Shown piece by piece: positions 1-9,318 of a stretch of 61,446 nucleotides of DNA. The DNA is from a virus. Lineage: Duplodnaviria; Caudoviricetes. Below the pieces are notes generated by a model, which worked only from the letters and a program-made list of their open reading frames with translations, was not told where the DNA came from and did not search any database. The position numbers were made by a program, and so were the translations under genes. Location: positions 1 through 61,446 of the IMG/VR virus record IMGVR_UViG_3300036761_000480; one strand, written 5' to 3'. Positions within the stretch are counted from its first letter, which is position 1. Every line of letters begins with the position of its first letter.

Positions 1-3000
1 TACAAAACGAATCTATGAAATTATTTCTTACTATTACATTTGTTGCACCAACATCAATTGCACAATAACCAGTGTTATAAATAAAATTATTTTCTATAAG
101 ACCAGCTGTTGATGTACCATAAGGATAATACCATATAGCACATTTAGAGAAAGAATGTGAGCATCCCATTCCATCAAATAAGCCAGTATGATTTATGGTA
201 CACCCACTAACAGTCAAATCATCACCATTTGAAAGGATTGCAAAACTATTTGAATAATCAATAGTTGTATTTAAAATAGATAGACTTGTACTACTGTTGA
301 ATATACCGTATAATCCACTATAGTTTATATTACAACTTTGAATCATAACATCATGAGAGTTCCAATCACAAAGTATTGCTTCTTCATTGGCACCATTAAA
401 GGTGATATTATCAATAGTTATATAGTTTGTATATGAGGGCATTGTTACAAGCTTGTTAATGGTTGATACTTGTACTGTCTCTGTAGTGGGATCAATCGTA
501 CCGAAATACATATAAAATTTATGAGTATTCATATCATAAAACCATTCACCATAATCTGTAAGAGTTTTTAAATCATTTTGAATAAAAAATCCCCATGCGT
601 TTGTTGGCTCATCTACAAACTCTTTTTCTGTATAAGTTAAAGTATGACTATTATGATTAGTAATTGTCCCTCTTTGAAATGACCAGGCATGCGTACGCAT
701 AACAATTTCTGCGCCTGTCCAATTAGTTGTACTACTATTTAAATCCGCATCTGTTATTGTGCCAGTAGGACTACTATACGTATGAGAATCTATATAAAGG
801 TAAGTACCCGCATTTGGATATCTACCCATAGCATACTGTACACCATCTATAGTAACCATTTCTGGCCTATTAGAAAATGTTATGGCTTTCGAATATATAC
901 CGCCACCCTCGTTAGTCCAATCTGATATTGTTGTAAAACCATTAATTATTGGATTATTACCTGTGCCATATGCCCCAATAGTAATAGGATTTCCTGATGA
1001 TCCAGATTTAGAAATTATCAATGTACCAGTAAAAGTATCACCTCTATTAAATAAAATAGACGCTCCAGCAGGAAGACTAGAAAATGAACTATTTACTTTA
1101 GCTATTGTTGCCCACGCTGTGGCATCGGATGTGCCAGCTGAATTATCATTTCCACTATTTTTTACATAACGCACATTTCCAGATATAACAGATATTGTCT
1201 TACTTGGCGTTAAACTTGGTGTTTTACTTGGCGTTAAACTTGGCGTCCTACTTGGCGTCTTACTTATCGATATACTTGGCGTTAAACTTGGCGTCTTACT
1301 TGGCGTCAGTGATTGGGTTAATATTGGAGTCTTACTTGGAGTATTAGTTGGTGTTAAAGTTGGCGTTTTACTTGATGTTAAAGCTGGCGTCTTACTCGGA
1401 GTTTTACTTGGAGTCAAACTTTGGCTTGTAAATATAATGGAGATTGTTTTACTTGGCGTTAAAGTCGGCGTTAAAGTCGGCGTCTTACTTGGCGTTAAAG
1501 TTGGCGTCCTACTTGGTGTTAAAATTGGCGTCTTACTTGGCGTTAAACTCGGCATTGAACTTGGAGTTTTACTTGGCATCAAACTTAAAGTCTTAGTTGG
1601 TGTTATACTTGGAGTTATACTTGGAGTTATACTTGGGGTTTTAGTCGGAGTCATACTTGGTATTAAACCAGATGTTATACTTGGAGTTATACTTGGGGTT
1701 TTAGTCGGAGTCATACTTGGTATTAAACCAGATGTTATACTTGGAGTTATACTTGGGGTTTTACTTGGAGTTTTACTTGGAGTATTACTTGGAGTTACTA
1801 TTGGAGTTACTGTTGGAGTCGCTGTTGGAGTTTTTGTTAGTGCTGGTGTGCGTGTTACCGTTTTTGTTGGAGTTGGCGTAATTGTACGTGATGGATCAAT
1901 TGTACGTGTTGGCGTTAGTGTCGGTGTTGGAGATACTGGAGGTAAATATCCATTATTCCAATCATTATCATACACGCTTAATGCCCCTAATGTCCTTTGA
2001 GTCCATGCTATATTATCCGTTATTTCAGGTATTTCATTATTTATTTCACCACTTATTTCATTATCATAATAACACATAGCCCCTGCTGTGTCTGCCGCCC
2101 ATTCATCATTGGTGGTGATTATTGGAATGTCTGTGCCATCATTATAATGTTCTACCGTTAAATTTGACGCCATATACTCTATTCCATTAATACATATAGT
2201 AGGATAGATATTCCCATCTATATCCGTTACTGTAGATGTTTGGCCATTAGTTAATAGAGTAGTGTCTTTAATACAACGAATAGAAAGCCCAGTACCGTGT
2301 ATATTAACAAGCGGATCTGGAGCGGCTACACTGTTAAATTCTGTTTGGAGAAGATATGCCTCATTTGGATTATCTTTCGTTACTGTCCATAGAAATCCGT
2401 ATAAACTTTTTTGTGCGAAGTTCATTCCTGATCTATATCCTGCGGGAATCATAGTAAATCCGCTTGAATTATCTGCGCCCGTATTTGGCGGATACCATCG
2501 TTTTGTTCCCGTTTCTTTTAGATGGCCACCTGCTACTAAACCACCTCCAAGATATGCTAATAGATTTTCTATTTCCGTATAAGTCGGCATATGCCATCCT
2601 GCAGGCGCAATTTTGCTACCAATAATTAAATCATCACAAAGTTTAGCAGCGCCATCTGTGAATCCTCCTTGTAAAATAATTGTATCAGTATTTGTTTGCC
2701 CATCTCCTATATCAAATCCATTTGCATAGGTAAAGGCATTTATAATATTGCTCCATGCATAGGAGGTTGATTGATCTGAAGGTGCGGCTTCATAATAAGT
2801 ATATGTTCCATCTTCATTATCTATTATGTGAAATATTAAACCACCTGCCAGCCCTGTATCTCTAAGATTATAAATCTGCGTACTTGTGAATGAACGACAA
2901 GCCCTTACGTGGTATAATGATTCTTTTGGCGCAGTATAATCTCCGCCATACTGAAGGCTTATTACATAAGCAGTATATTGATTGTTTTCAGTTGATGACC

Positions 3001-3943
3001 AATAATATGCGTTTGCAAACCCACCTACGGAATAATGATATAATTCTTCATGCATTGCTAATAATTCATCATGTGATGGAAGAAACCAATCATCAAATCC
3101 TTTAGTAGTGGCATACCAGTTATATAATGCCCCATATAATTGTTTATTATTATATCTATATGAGGTTTCAGCAAGATTTGCTGCCATCCAAACTTGATCA
3201 CCAACTTTTACAGTTGGATAAACTTTTCCATCATTTCCTGTGAAAATTCCAGTATCATTACTATCATCTTTTATTAACCGAATTGAAAGCCCGTTCTTTA
3301 TGTCGCTAGACGAAAATTCATCAAAACTAAAATTAGCTCCATCATGCGTTAATATTCCGCTACTCGCCATAGTATTGGAAATTTGTGTTGACGACCAAAT
3401 TTCTGTTGTGTAATTTAATTCAAGATAATTTCCAGTAGCGGAATAACGATAACCCGCTCCACGAAAGCCTAAATTACTTGAATTTGTTGCAATATTTGGA
3501 GAAACCCAAGATGTAACACCGATCTCCTTCATTGCTTCGCCAGCTAAATTAGTATTTTTATCATTATTAACTGGATCAAGATAATTTCTTAATGTTAATA
3601 ATTCTTCACTACTTGGAACATGCCAACCTTCGGGGGCTATCTCTCTAGGATCATTAACAGTATACCAGTTATAAAGTAGTCCATATTGAATACGAGCAAG
3701 CGTCGCTGGCGAATTACTTGGAGACGGCGATGGCGATGGAATCGGAGATACTACTTCTGCTGGTAATTCTACCGTACAACCTCCACTATCAGTAAAGGTT
3801 AAAATATAGCTTCCATATGGAACATTTGTAAAACTATATGTACCTGGAACTGTTTGCAATTGAGCAGGGGCAATTTCTGGCGAAATTGAAACCGTTATTG
3901 GATATACCCCATAACTTAATGTATAATTTATTGTTGCTGACAT
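1..3943 (-). CDS. Large receptor-binding/tail-fibre-like protein, partial (runs off left edge): SprB-like Ig N-terminus, nested FISUMP (Fib_succ_major) and DUF1566 domains, Thr-Pro-Ser linker, right-handed beta-helix
   Basis: Not in the ORF track because it has no stop inside the window. ATG at 3943-3941; segments translated by hand all stay in one frame down to base 2: MSATINYTLSYGVYP..., YGLLYNWY..IAPEGWHVPS, GLSIRLIKD, DGKVYPTVKVGDQVWMAANL, DWFLPSHDEL..YWSSTE..VRACRSF, (xTPS)n, YVKNSGNDNSAGTSDATAWATIAKVN..ILFNRGDTF..NPITIGAYGTG, ...VGATNVIVRNNFIDSFC. Confidence 0.9.
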   Translation of the reverse strand, partial: MSATINYTLSYGVYPITVSISPEIAPAQLQTVPGTYSFTNVPYGSYILTFTDSGGCTVELPAEVVSPIPSPSPSPSNSPATLARIQYGLLYNWYTVNDPREIAPEGWHVPSSEELLTLRNYLDPVNNDKNTNLAGEAMKEIGVTSWVSPNIATNSSNLGFRGAGYRYSATGNYLELNYTTEIWSSTQISNTMASSGILTHDGANFSFDEFSSSDIKNGLSIRLIKDDSNDTGIFTGNDGKVYPTVKVGDQVWMAANLAETSYRYNNKQLYGALYNWYATTKGFDDWFLPSHDELLAMHEELYHYSVGGFANAYYWSSTENNQYTAYVISLQYGGDYTAPKESLYHVRACRSFTSTQIYNLRDTGLAGGLIFHIIDNEDGTYTYYEAAPSDQSTSYAWSNIINAFTYANGFDIGDGQTNTDTIILQGGFTDGAAKLCDDLIIGSKIAPAGWHMPTYTEIENLLAYLGGGLVAGGHLKETGTKRWYPPNTGADNSSGFTMIPAGYRSGMNFAQKSLYGFLWTVTKDNPNEAYLLQTEFNSVAAPDPLVNIHGTGLSIRCIKDTTLLTNGQTSTVTDIDGNIYPTICINGIEYMASNLTVEHYNDGTDIPIITTNDEWAADTAGAMCYYDNEISGEINNEIPEITDNIAWTQRTLGALSVYDNDWNNGYLPPVSPTPTLTPTRTIDPSRTITPTPTKTVTRTPALTKTPTATPTVTPIVTPSNTPSKTPSKTPSITPSITSGLIPSMTPTKTPSITPSITSGLIPSMTPTKTPSITPSITPSITPTKTLSLMPSKTPSSMPSLTPSKTPILTPSRTPTLTPSKTPTLTPTLTPSKTISIIFTSQSLTPSKTPSKTPALTSSKTPTLTPTNTPSKTPILTQSLTPSKTPSLTPSISISKTPSRTPSLTPSKTPSLTPSKTISVISGNVRYVKNSGNDNSAGTSDATAWATIAKVNSSFSSLPAGASILFNRGDTFTGTLIISKSGSSGNPITIGAYGTGNNPIINGFTTISDWTNEGGGIYSKAITFSNRPEMVTIDGVQYAMGRYPNAGTYLYIDSHTYSSPTGTITDADLNSSTTNWTGAEIVMRTHAWSFQRGTITNHNSHTLTYTEKEFVDEPTNAWGFFIQNDLKTLTDYGEWFYDMNTHKFYMYFGTIDPTTETVQVSTINKLVTMPSYTNYITIDNITFNGANEEAILCDWNSHDVMIQSCNINYSGLYGIFNSSTSLSILNTTIDYSNSFAILSNGDDLTVSGCTINHTGLFDGMGCSHSFSKCAIWYYPYGTSTAGLIENNFIYNTGYCAIDVGATNVIVRNNFIDSFC
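1196..1935 (-). repeat. 12-nt-period coding repeat encoding (x-T-P-S)n mucin-like linker, including an exact 60-bp tandem duplication (1621-1680 = 1681-1740)
   Basis: Repeated acttggcgt/acttggagt units; lines 1621 and 1681 are identical. Confidence 0.95.
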
Positions 3944-3994
3944 CTGTGATCTATATACATATAATTATTTGAAAAAATATTTTCTAAAATTTTA

Positions 3995-6900
3995 TTATGG
4001 ACATGCGAGCCCGTCTCCTGCATTATATAATATTTGGACTTCATATGGTGTTAAAACTCTATTCCATACAGCTATTGCGTCGACAAATCCTTTAAGAGGA
4101 TAAGTAGATGCTCCATGTGACGAATTACCAATTTTTGCGGGAACATAGGTGCTTCCATATGATATAGGAGCTGAAGAAGCCATCGATTCATCCACTTCTA
4201 AGATAGTATTATGATATATTTTTATGTGCCCACCTATATATGTAGCAACAATATGATGCCAGTCCCCATCATTAACTGCTGTTGTATTTTGACCCGTATT
4301 ATCTTCATATCCGTTATCATCATATATATGAAAGAGCACGCCACCCAATCCTGGATTAACTGCAATATCATATCCTCCAGAATCGTGTCCACTTTCTTTA
4401 CTAACTTTAGAAAATATTGTTCTACTACCGAATTCGGTGCCAACACAATTAACCCATACAGATATTGAAAATGTTTGTAATGCTAATGTATCGCTTGTAT
4501 TTGTACTTGCAACCGAAGTGGCTAATGGTAAATTAACACAATATGATCCAACCTTACCTGTTTGTTGAAAATCAACATCTGTCGTCTGAGTCAAATCATT
4601 ATTATTAGTAGTACTATCAAGAAGAGGAGCGGATGCTTCTTCAAAATTCCAACAAGCCTCTAAACCAGTTGCAAATGGATTAGGTGGTTGTGAACAACTG
4701 ATAAATGTCCCAATAAGATATGTTATATGCCCAACTATAGATATAGGGCTGGATCCATTAATTGATGTAATAACAATTAATGATACACCCTCAGTATCTA
4801 AAACATATCCATCATATGAAACATATGTCTTACCAGATTCATTTGTTGTTACCGTGTATGTGCGTCTAAATATTCCTGCTACATATACATCAACCGTTAA
4901 ATTAACTTCATTAAATAACGGAGTTATATTACCGCTTGATGATCCGATTACATAAAATCCATATAATGCATTTACATATTCTGTTTGTGGTAAACAAATT
5001 TCTTCAATATTAATTGAGATGGAAAGAATTGGTGAATATTCAAACATAACTTCATTTATCCATTCAATTAAAGGTTGATACCAACCTGCTGGCGCTTCGG
5101 ATAATGTGTAATTGGCATAATTATCAGCATATAAATAAAAATGATTATTTACTGAATCATAATATCCTCTAACCATATAAGATTCACCATATAATCCGTT
5201 TGGATTAAAACATCTATTAGAATAATATTCATTTACCAGATTGGAGATTAACCCTCTTCCTGTCGATTTTATATACCAGTTACTTGAATAAGATAAATTA
5301 TTTGTCATAACAGAAAGTATATCTTCCACCCCTCCCATTCCTTGTACAGCGGTACTATTTGATGCTATCATAATATACTTATTGGTAATAAAACTATTTT
5401 CTACTTTATAAAATATACGAAAATATGTATTATCATCAGTTGCATAATATCCATTCATTGCTTCAATACGACCCTCTACATCAAAAAATATTTTTCTACC
5501 TATTATTAATCCTAGACGATCTCTATTATCATAAAAAACACTACATATCGTCGGAATTGTTTCAACTCTTATTTCATGAGTAAAATAACTATCTAACATT
5601 CCTAAATCTTCCTCTGGCAATGGTTCACCATATGTATATCTTCCTTCAACTAAGTTACTTATATCATTAGCCACAAGATTTGCTCTATCGTCAGCATCTA
5701 CTTGACTAATAAAACTAAAACAATAGCCTTCAGGTAATGTATATGTTACAGTTGACGGCGTTATAAGTAATTCCGCACATTCTGTTATTATTACTTCTCG
5801 TGTAATTTCTGCACTATAATATACAGGAGTCTCCCCAAATTCGAGCGGAATGCCTGAAGTATATGGCAATAGAAATAACTTTCTTATATCTGTTACGGTT
5901 GTTGGATTATCTGCTTGTAATGATTCTAAAAATCCTATTGTTATTGGATCCTCTGTTATTAAAGCATTTGTTGATGATAATTCCTTGACGGTCACACCAG
6001 AATCTGTTGGTTGAGTATAAAAATAAACTCCGTCACAATAATATCCAATATTTTTCTGAGACATATCTTGTAACCTAGATAGTTGACTATTCAGTTCAAT
6101 ATATGGCGTTGTTGTATATTCACTTAAAAATTCTTTACATGGTTCTATAATTATCTGACGCCTTTTAGTGAATAAAGCGTTAACTAACCCAGATATTAAT
6201 ATAACTGCTGTGAATATTAACCACGGAAGTGGAGAAGCTAGACCAACACAATAGGTCGGTGGCCCCTTGCTAAATAATGCTCTTACAAATTCCTTTATAA
6301 GTGGCCACGCTATTATTACGGTTAGTGTCGCCGATGCGACGCCTGACGCCACATAGGGAATCATCCATTTATTATACATTCTTCCAAATGCGAAGCCAGA
6401 ACTCATTGATTCAATATATCCACCAACAAGCTTAAACATTACATGTTGATACCCTGTTATTGAATAAAATTTTCTCTGAGAAAATAAGTACTGTACAAAA
6501 AAATTATCGTTAGATGATTGTTTGTCGGACTCGTCATACCCCATATAATATTTATATTTTGATGGTTGTGGTAATGACAACTTAGGTATAATTTCACTAA
6601 TAATTCCCGCCTTTGTGTATATGACATTGATACAAGCTTCTATGGTGTCTACAGGTAATGGATGATTAAAAGACATAGGTCCCACAATATTTAAATTTGC
6701 TACAGGGTCTTTATGCCACAACTTCCTCCATCCAGTTTGCCAAATATTATATACTTCCATAGTGCCATATGATCTATCTAACGGACCACCCACCTTATAA
6801 ACATTGTTACCATACCCATAATAATATTGAAGAGCTGGAAACGCAAATGTCGCGTCAGCCCAAACTATTGTTCCACCAGACCAACTTTCTATTGGCCATC

Positions 6901-7462
6901 TAGAATATAAAAAAGTATGAAGTTTAGAAGAATATATCGAATCGTATGGTGAATATACATGTAATCCTGTATCATATGAATATAAAGGATGATCTTCTGG
7001 ACGACATTCGTAATTTACTATTATTAAATTATCATCTCCTGGATTTACACCAACAGCAACCCCAACAGCAGCAAGAAATTCAATTTGATCTGTCAATTTA
7101 TTTGGGTCGGCATTTACTATCATAATCAAACTTTTAGTAACATTTGATTCTAATTTAATATCAAAATCCTCGAAAAATCCGTCTGCGTATGGAATAAATA
7201 ATCCATTAATACCATCTTGACCAATAGAAAATGTTGATTCAATTGGCGGCGGAGTACGAAAACTAATACCGGCATATGCCGCCGTTCCGATAAATGTAAA
7301 TTCCATATTAATATATCCATAATCACTAGAATTTAATTCGATTACTTGCCGCTGATTTGAATAGCTCATTCCCTTAATTGTAGATCCTTCTGAAAATACG
7401 GGCTTACTATCGACAAATGTGTCGCTAGGGAAAGTAAATGTAAATGTTTTAGGTAATGCCAT
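3995..7462 (-). CDS. Virion structural protein with C-terminal LamG/concanavalin-like domain, DUF5977-like motif and two internal hydrophobic segments
   Basis: C-terminal FSISVWVN..VNDGDWHHIVATY..IGN..GFVDAIAVWNRVLTPYEVQILYNAG is Laminin_G_3-type; YCFSFISQVDADDRAN resembles DUF5977; located in the tail gene cluster. Confidence 0.75.
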   Translation of the reverse strand: MALPKTFTFTFPSDTFVDSKPVFSEGSTIKGMSYSNQRQVIELNSSDYGYINMEFTFIGTAAYAGISFRTPPPIESTFSIGQDGINGLFIPYADGFFEDFDIKLESNVTKSLIMIVNADPNKLTDQIEFLAAVGVAVGVNPGDDNLIIVNYECRPEDHPLYSYDTGLHVYSPYDSIYSSKLHTFLYSRWPIESWSGGTIVWADATFAFPALQYYYGYGNNVYKVGGPLDRSYGTMEVYNIWQTGWRKLWHKDPVANLNIVGPMSFNHPLPVDTIEACINVIYTKAGIISEIIPKLSLPQPSKYKYYMGYDESDKQSSNDNFFVQYLFSQRKFYSITGYQHVMFKLVGGYIESMSSGFAFGRMYNKWMIPYVASGVASATLTVIIAWPLIKEFVRALFSKGPPTYCVGLASPLPWLIFTAVILISGLVNALFTKRRQIIIEPCKEFLSEYTTTPYIELNSQLSRLQDMSQKNIGYYCDGVYFYTQPTDSGVTVKELSSTNALITEDPITIGFLESLQADNPTTVTDIRKLFLLPYTSGIPLEFGETPVYYSAEITREVIITECAELLITPSTVTYTLPEGYCFSFISQVDADDRANLVANDISNLVEGRYTYGEPLPEEDLGMLDSYFTHEIRVETIPTICSVFYDNRDRLGLIIGRKIFFDVEGRIEAMNGYYATDDNTYFRIFYKVENSFITNKYIMIASNSTAVQGMGGVEDILSVMTNNLSYSSNWYIKSTGRGLISNLVNEYYSNRCFNPNGLYGESYMVRGYYDSVNNHFYLYADNYANYTLSEAPAGWYQPLIEWINEVMFEYSPILSISINIEEICLPQTEYVNALYGFYVIGSSSGNITPLFNEVNLTVDVYVAGIFRRTYTVTTNESGKTYVSYDGYVLDTEGVSLIVITSINGSSPISIVGHITYLIGTFISCSQPPNPFATGLEACWNFEEASAPLLDSTTNNNDLTQTTDVDFQQTGKVGSYCVNLPLATSVASTNTSDTLALQTFSISVWVNCVGTEFGSRTIFSKVSKESGHDSGGYDIAVNPGLGGVLFHIYDDNGYEDNTGQNTTAVNDGDWHHIVATYIGGHIKIYHNTILEVDESMASSAPISYGSTYVPAKIGNSSHGASTYPLKGFVDAIAVWNRVLTPYEVQILYNAGDGLACP

Positions 7463-7474
7463 TATTTATTTTTT

Positions 7475-9298
7475 TTAACATATTAATGGTAATTTTCCAT
7501 CTGGACAAGTTCCATAATTTATTGGGATACCATTCGCCACTCCATATATTGTTGAGTATGTTTGAGATGAGTCAACATAATATCCATTATCTGCCAATTG
7601 AGTCAATGCTGAATCTTTATACCAAGTAGTATTTTCAATTCCGAGAGTCATATATTCTGTCTTATCAAAATATATTGTTTCTGTAGTGCCAGTAAGATCC
7701 GCACATGTTTTACAAAGATAAATTTTATCATCATCAAGCGGATCTCGTCCTGTTCCTGCATTATAACAGAAGTCAATTGAAATTGGCCCGTCATCTATAA
7801 AATATCCATATATTATAACATTATCGTTTTTAAATGTATATGTGAGTAATGGATTAGTCGTTATCATATCAGTGTTATCGATTGTAAATCGATCTGCTGT
7901 ATAATATGACCATCCAAGAAATACCGTAGTATTCGTTGGCGTGCCTATAACATCAACGGTTGACAAAGATGGACGAATTACTTCAAATGGAATTGTCCAA
8001 TGACCACCAAGTTCATCAAGTAGATAACCAGTAGAATAGCTTGTTAAATATATTGGAATAAATGTAACATGCAAATTGCCACAATTAATTTCTGGCCACC
8101 TATACACACTACCATCACTATCTATTACATATACATCATATATTCCTCCAGGTAATCCCGTAAATCTCTGTGTGGTTCTATCCGTCGGAGCGGTTAATGT
8201 AACGCCATTATCAATACTATATTGATATGGCGGAATTCCTCCAGTGATAGTGATTGAAATTCTATCTAGGTCGCAGTCAGCATCTGCATCTATAATTACT
8301 AATGGACATGGCCCACATTCAGGGAAACTTATAACAATACCATCAACGATATATACGACCATCGGCGGCCACCAGTCTACTCCCAGTTCTCCTATTGTAA
8401 TATAATACCCTGTTGGAATTAATTCACAAGAAGTTGATCCAGCTGGGCCAGCATATACGTCTTGTCCAATTGTTAAACTTGAAGCAAATCCTCCAATAGC
8501 AGATCCTTCACCCACACATAATGCATCACATGCCTCATCTTGCGAACTAATAAAATTATAACCAAGAGAATCGGTATAGAAAAGAACATATTCTTTCAAT
8601 CCTTCTGGTCTTGCACAACTTGCCGACGGTGTTATTGACGGTGTTGGTGAAGGTGTTTCACTTGGCGTTATTGAAGGTGTTTCACTTGGCGTTATACTTG
8701 GCGTTATACTTGGTGTTTCACTTGGCGTTATTGAAGGTGTTTCACTTGGCGTTATTGAAGGTGTTTCACTTGGTGTTGGCGAAGGTGTTTCACTTGGCGT
8801 TATTGAAGGCGTTTCACTTGGTGTTGGCGAAGGTGTTTCACTTGGCGTTATTGAAGGCGTTTCACTTGGCGTTATACTTGGAGATTCGATTGGCGTTGCG
8901 CTTGGTGTTGGCGAAGGTGTTTCACTTGGCGTTATACTTGGAGTTAAACTTGGTGTTAATGTTGGCGTTGGCGTTATTGTTAACGATGGTGTTACTGTTG
9001 GCGTTATCGATGGCGATGGAACTATGTTAACTAAAGTAAATGTAAAATCAAACTCACAATTGTAAACTATAGTATCTATTGTTGGCGTTAAATTGCACGC
9101 TTCTAAACCAATCGTACATCCTCTCGCATCAGTAATTGTTAATATATAATCTCCTGATGGAATATTCTCAAAACTATATTCCCCATATGCCCAATGCTCA
9201 TTTGTTGCGATTATAGTATCAGGATCAAGCGTAGTGGCGAGAGTGACCGTTATCGGAAAATCTCCATTAGTTATTGCATATGTTATTATTTCTGCCAT
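7475..9298 (-). CDS. Virion structural protein with SprB-like repeats and a Thr-Pro-Ser linker
   Basis: FENIPSGDYILTITDARGC and ITGGIPPYQYSIDNG..FTGLPGGIYDVYVIDSDG resemble SprB repeats; long TPSETPSI repeat. Confidence 0.75.
   Translation of the reverse strand: MAEIITYAITNGDFPITVTLATTLDPDTIIATNEHWAYGEYSFENIPSGDYILTITDARGCTIGLEACNLTPTIDTIVYNCEFDFTFTLVNIVPSPSITPTVTPSLTITPTPTLTPSLTPSITPSETPSPTPSATPIESPSITPSETPSITPSETPSPTPSETPSITPSETPSPTPSETPSITPSETPSITPSETPSITPSITPSETPSITPSETPSPTPSITPSASCARPEGLKEYVLFYTDSLGYNFISSQDEACDALCVGEGSAIGGFASSLTIGQDVYAGPAGSTSCELIPTGYYITIGELGVDWWPPMVVYIVDGIVISFPECGPCPLVIIDADADCDLDRISITITGGIPPYQYSIDNGVTLTAPTDRTTQRFTGLPGGIYDVYVIDSDGSVYRWPEINCGNLHVTFIPIYLTSYSTGYLLDELGGHWTIPFEVIRPSLSTVDVIGTPTNTTVFLGWSYYTADRFTIDNTDMITTNPLLTYTFKNDNVIIYGYFIDDGPISIDFCYNAGTGRDPLDDDKIYLCKTCADLTGTTETIYFDKTEYMTLGIENTTWYKDSALTQLADNGYYVDSSQTYSTIYGVANGIPINYGTCPDGKLPLIC
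8620..9020 (-). repeat. Coding tandem repeat (TPSE/TPSI/TPSP)n
   Basis: Recurrent gaaggtgtttcacttggcgttatt units. Confidence 0.95.
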
Positions 9299-9318
9299 TA
9301 TCTATTTCTTCTATATAA

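Noticed and set aside
1955-3690. Diversity-generating retroelement (FISUMP and DUF1566 are typical DGR target folds)
   Set aside because: No reverse transcriptase and no template repeat differing only at adenines seen in this window; one could exist elsewhere in the genome.
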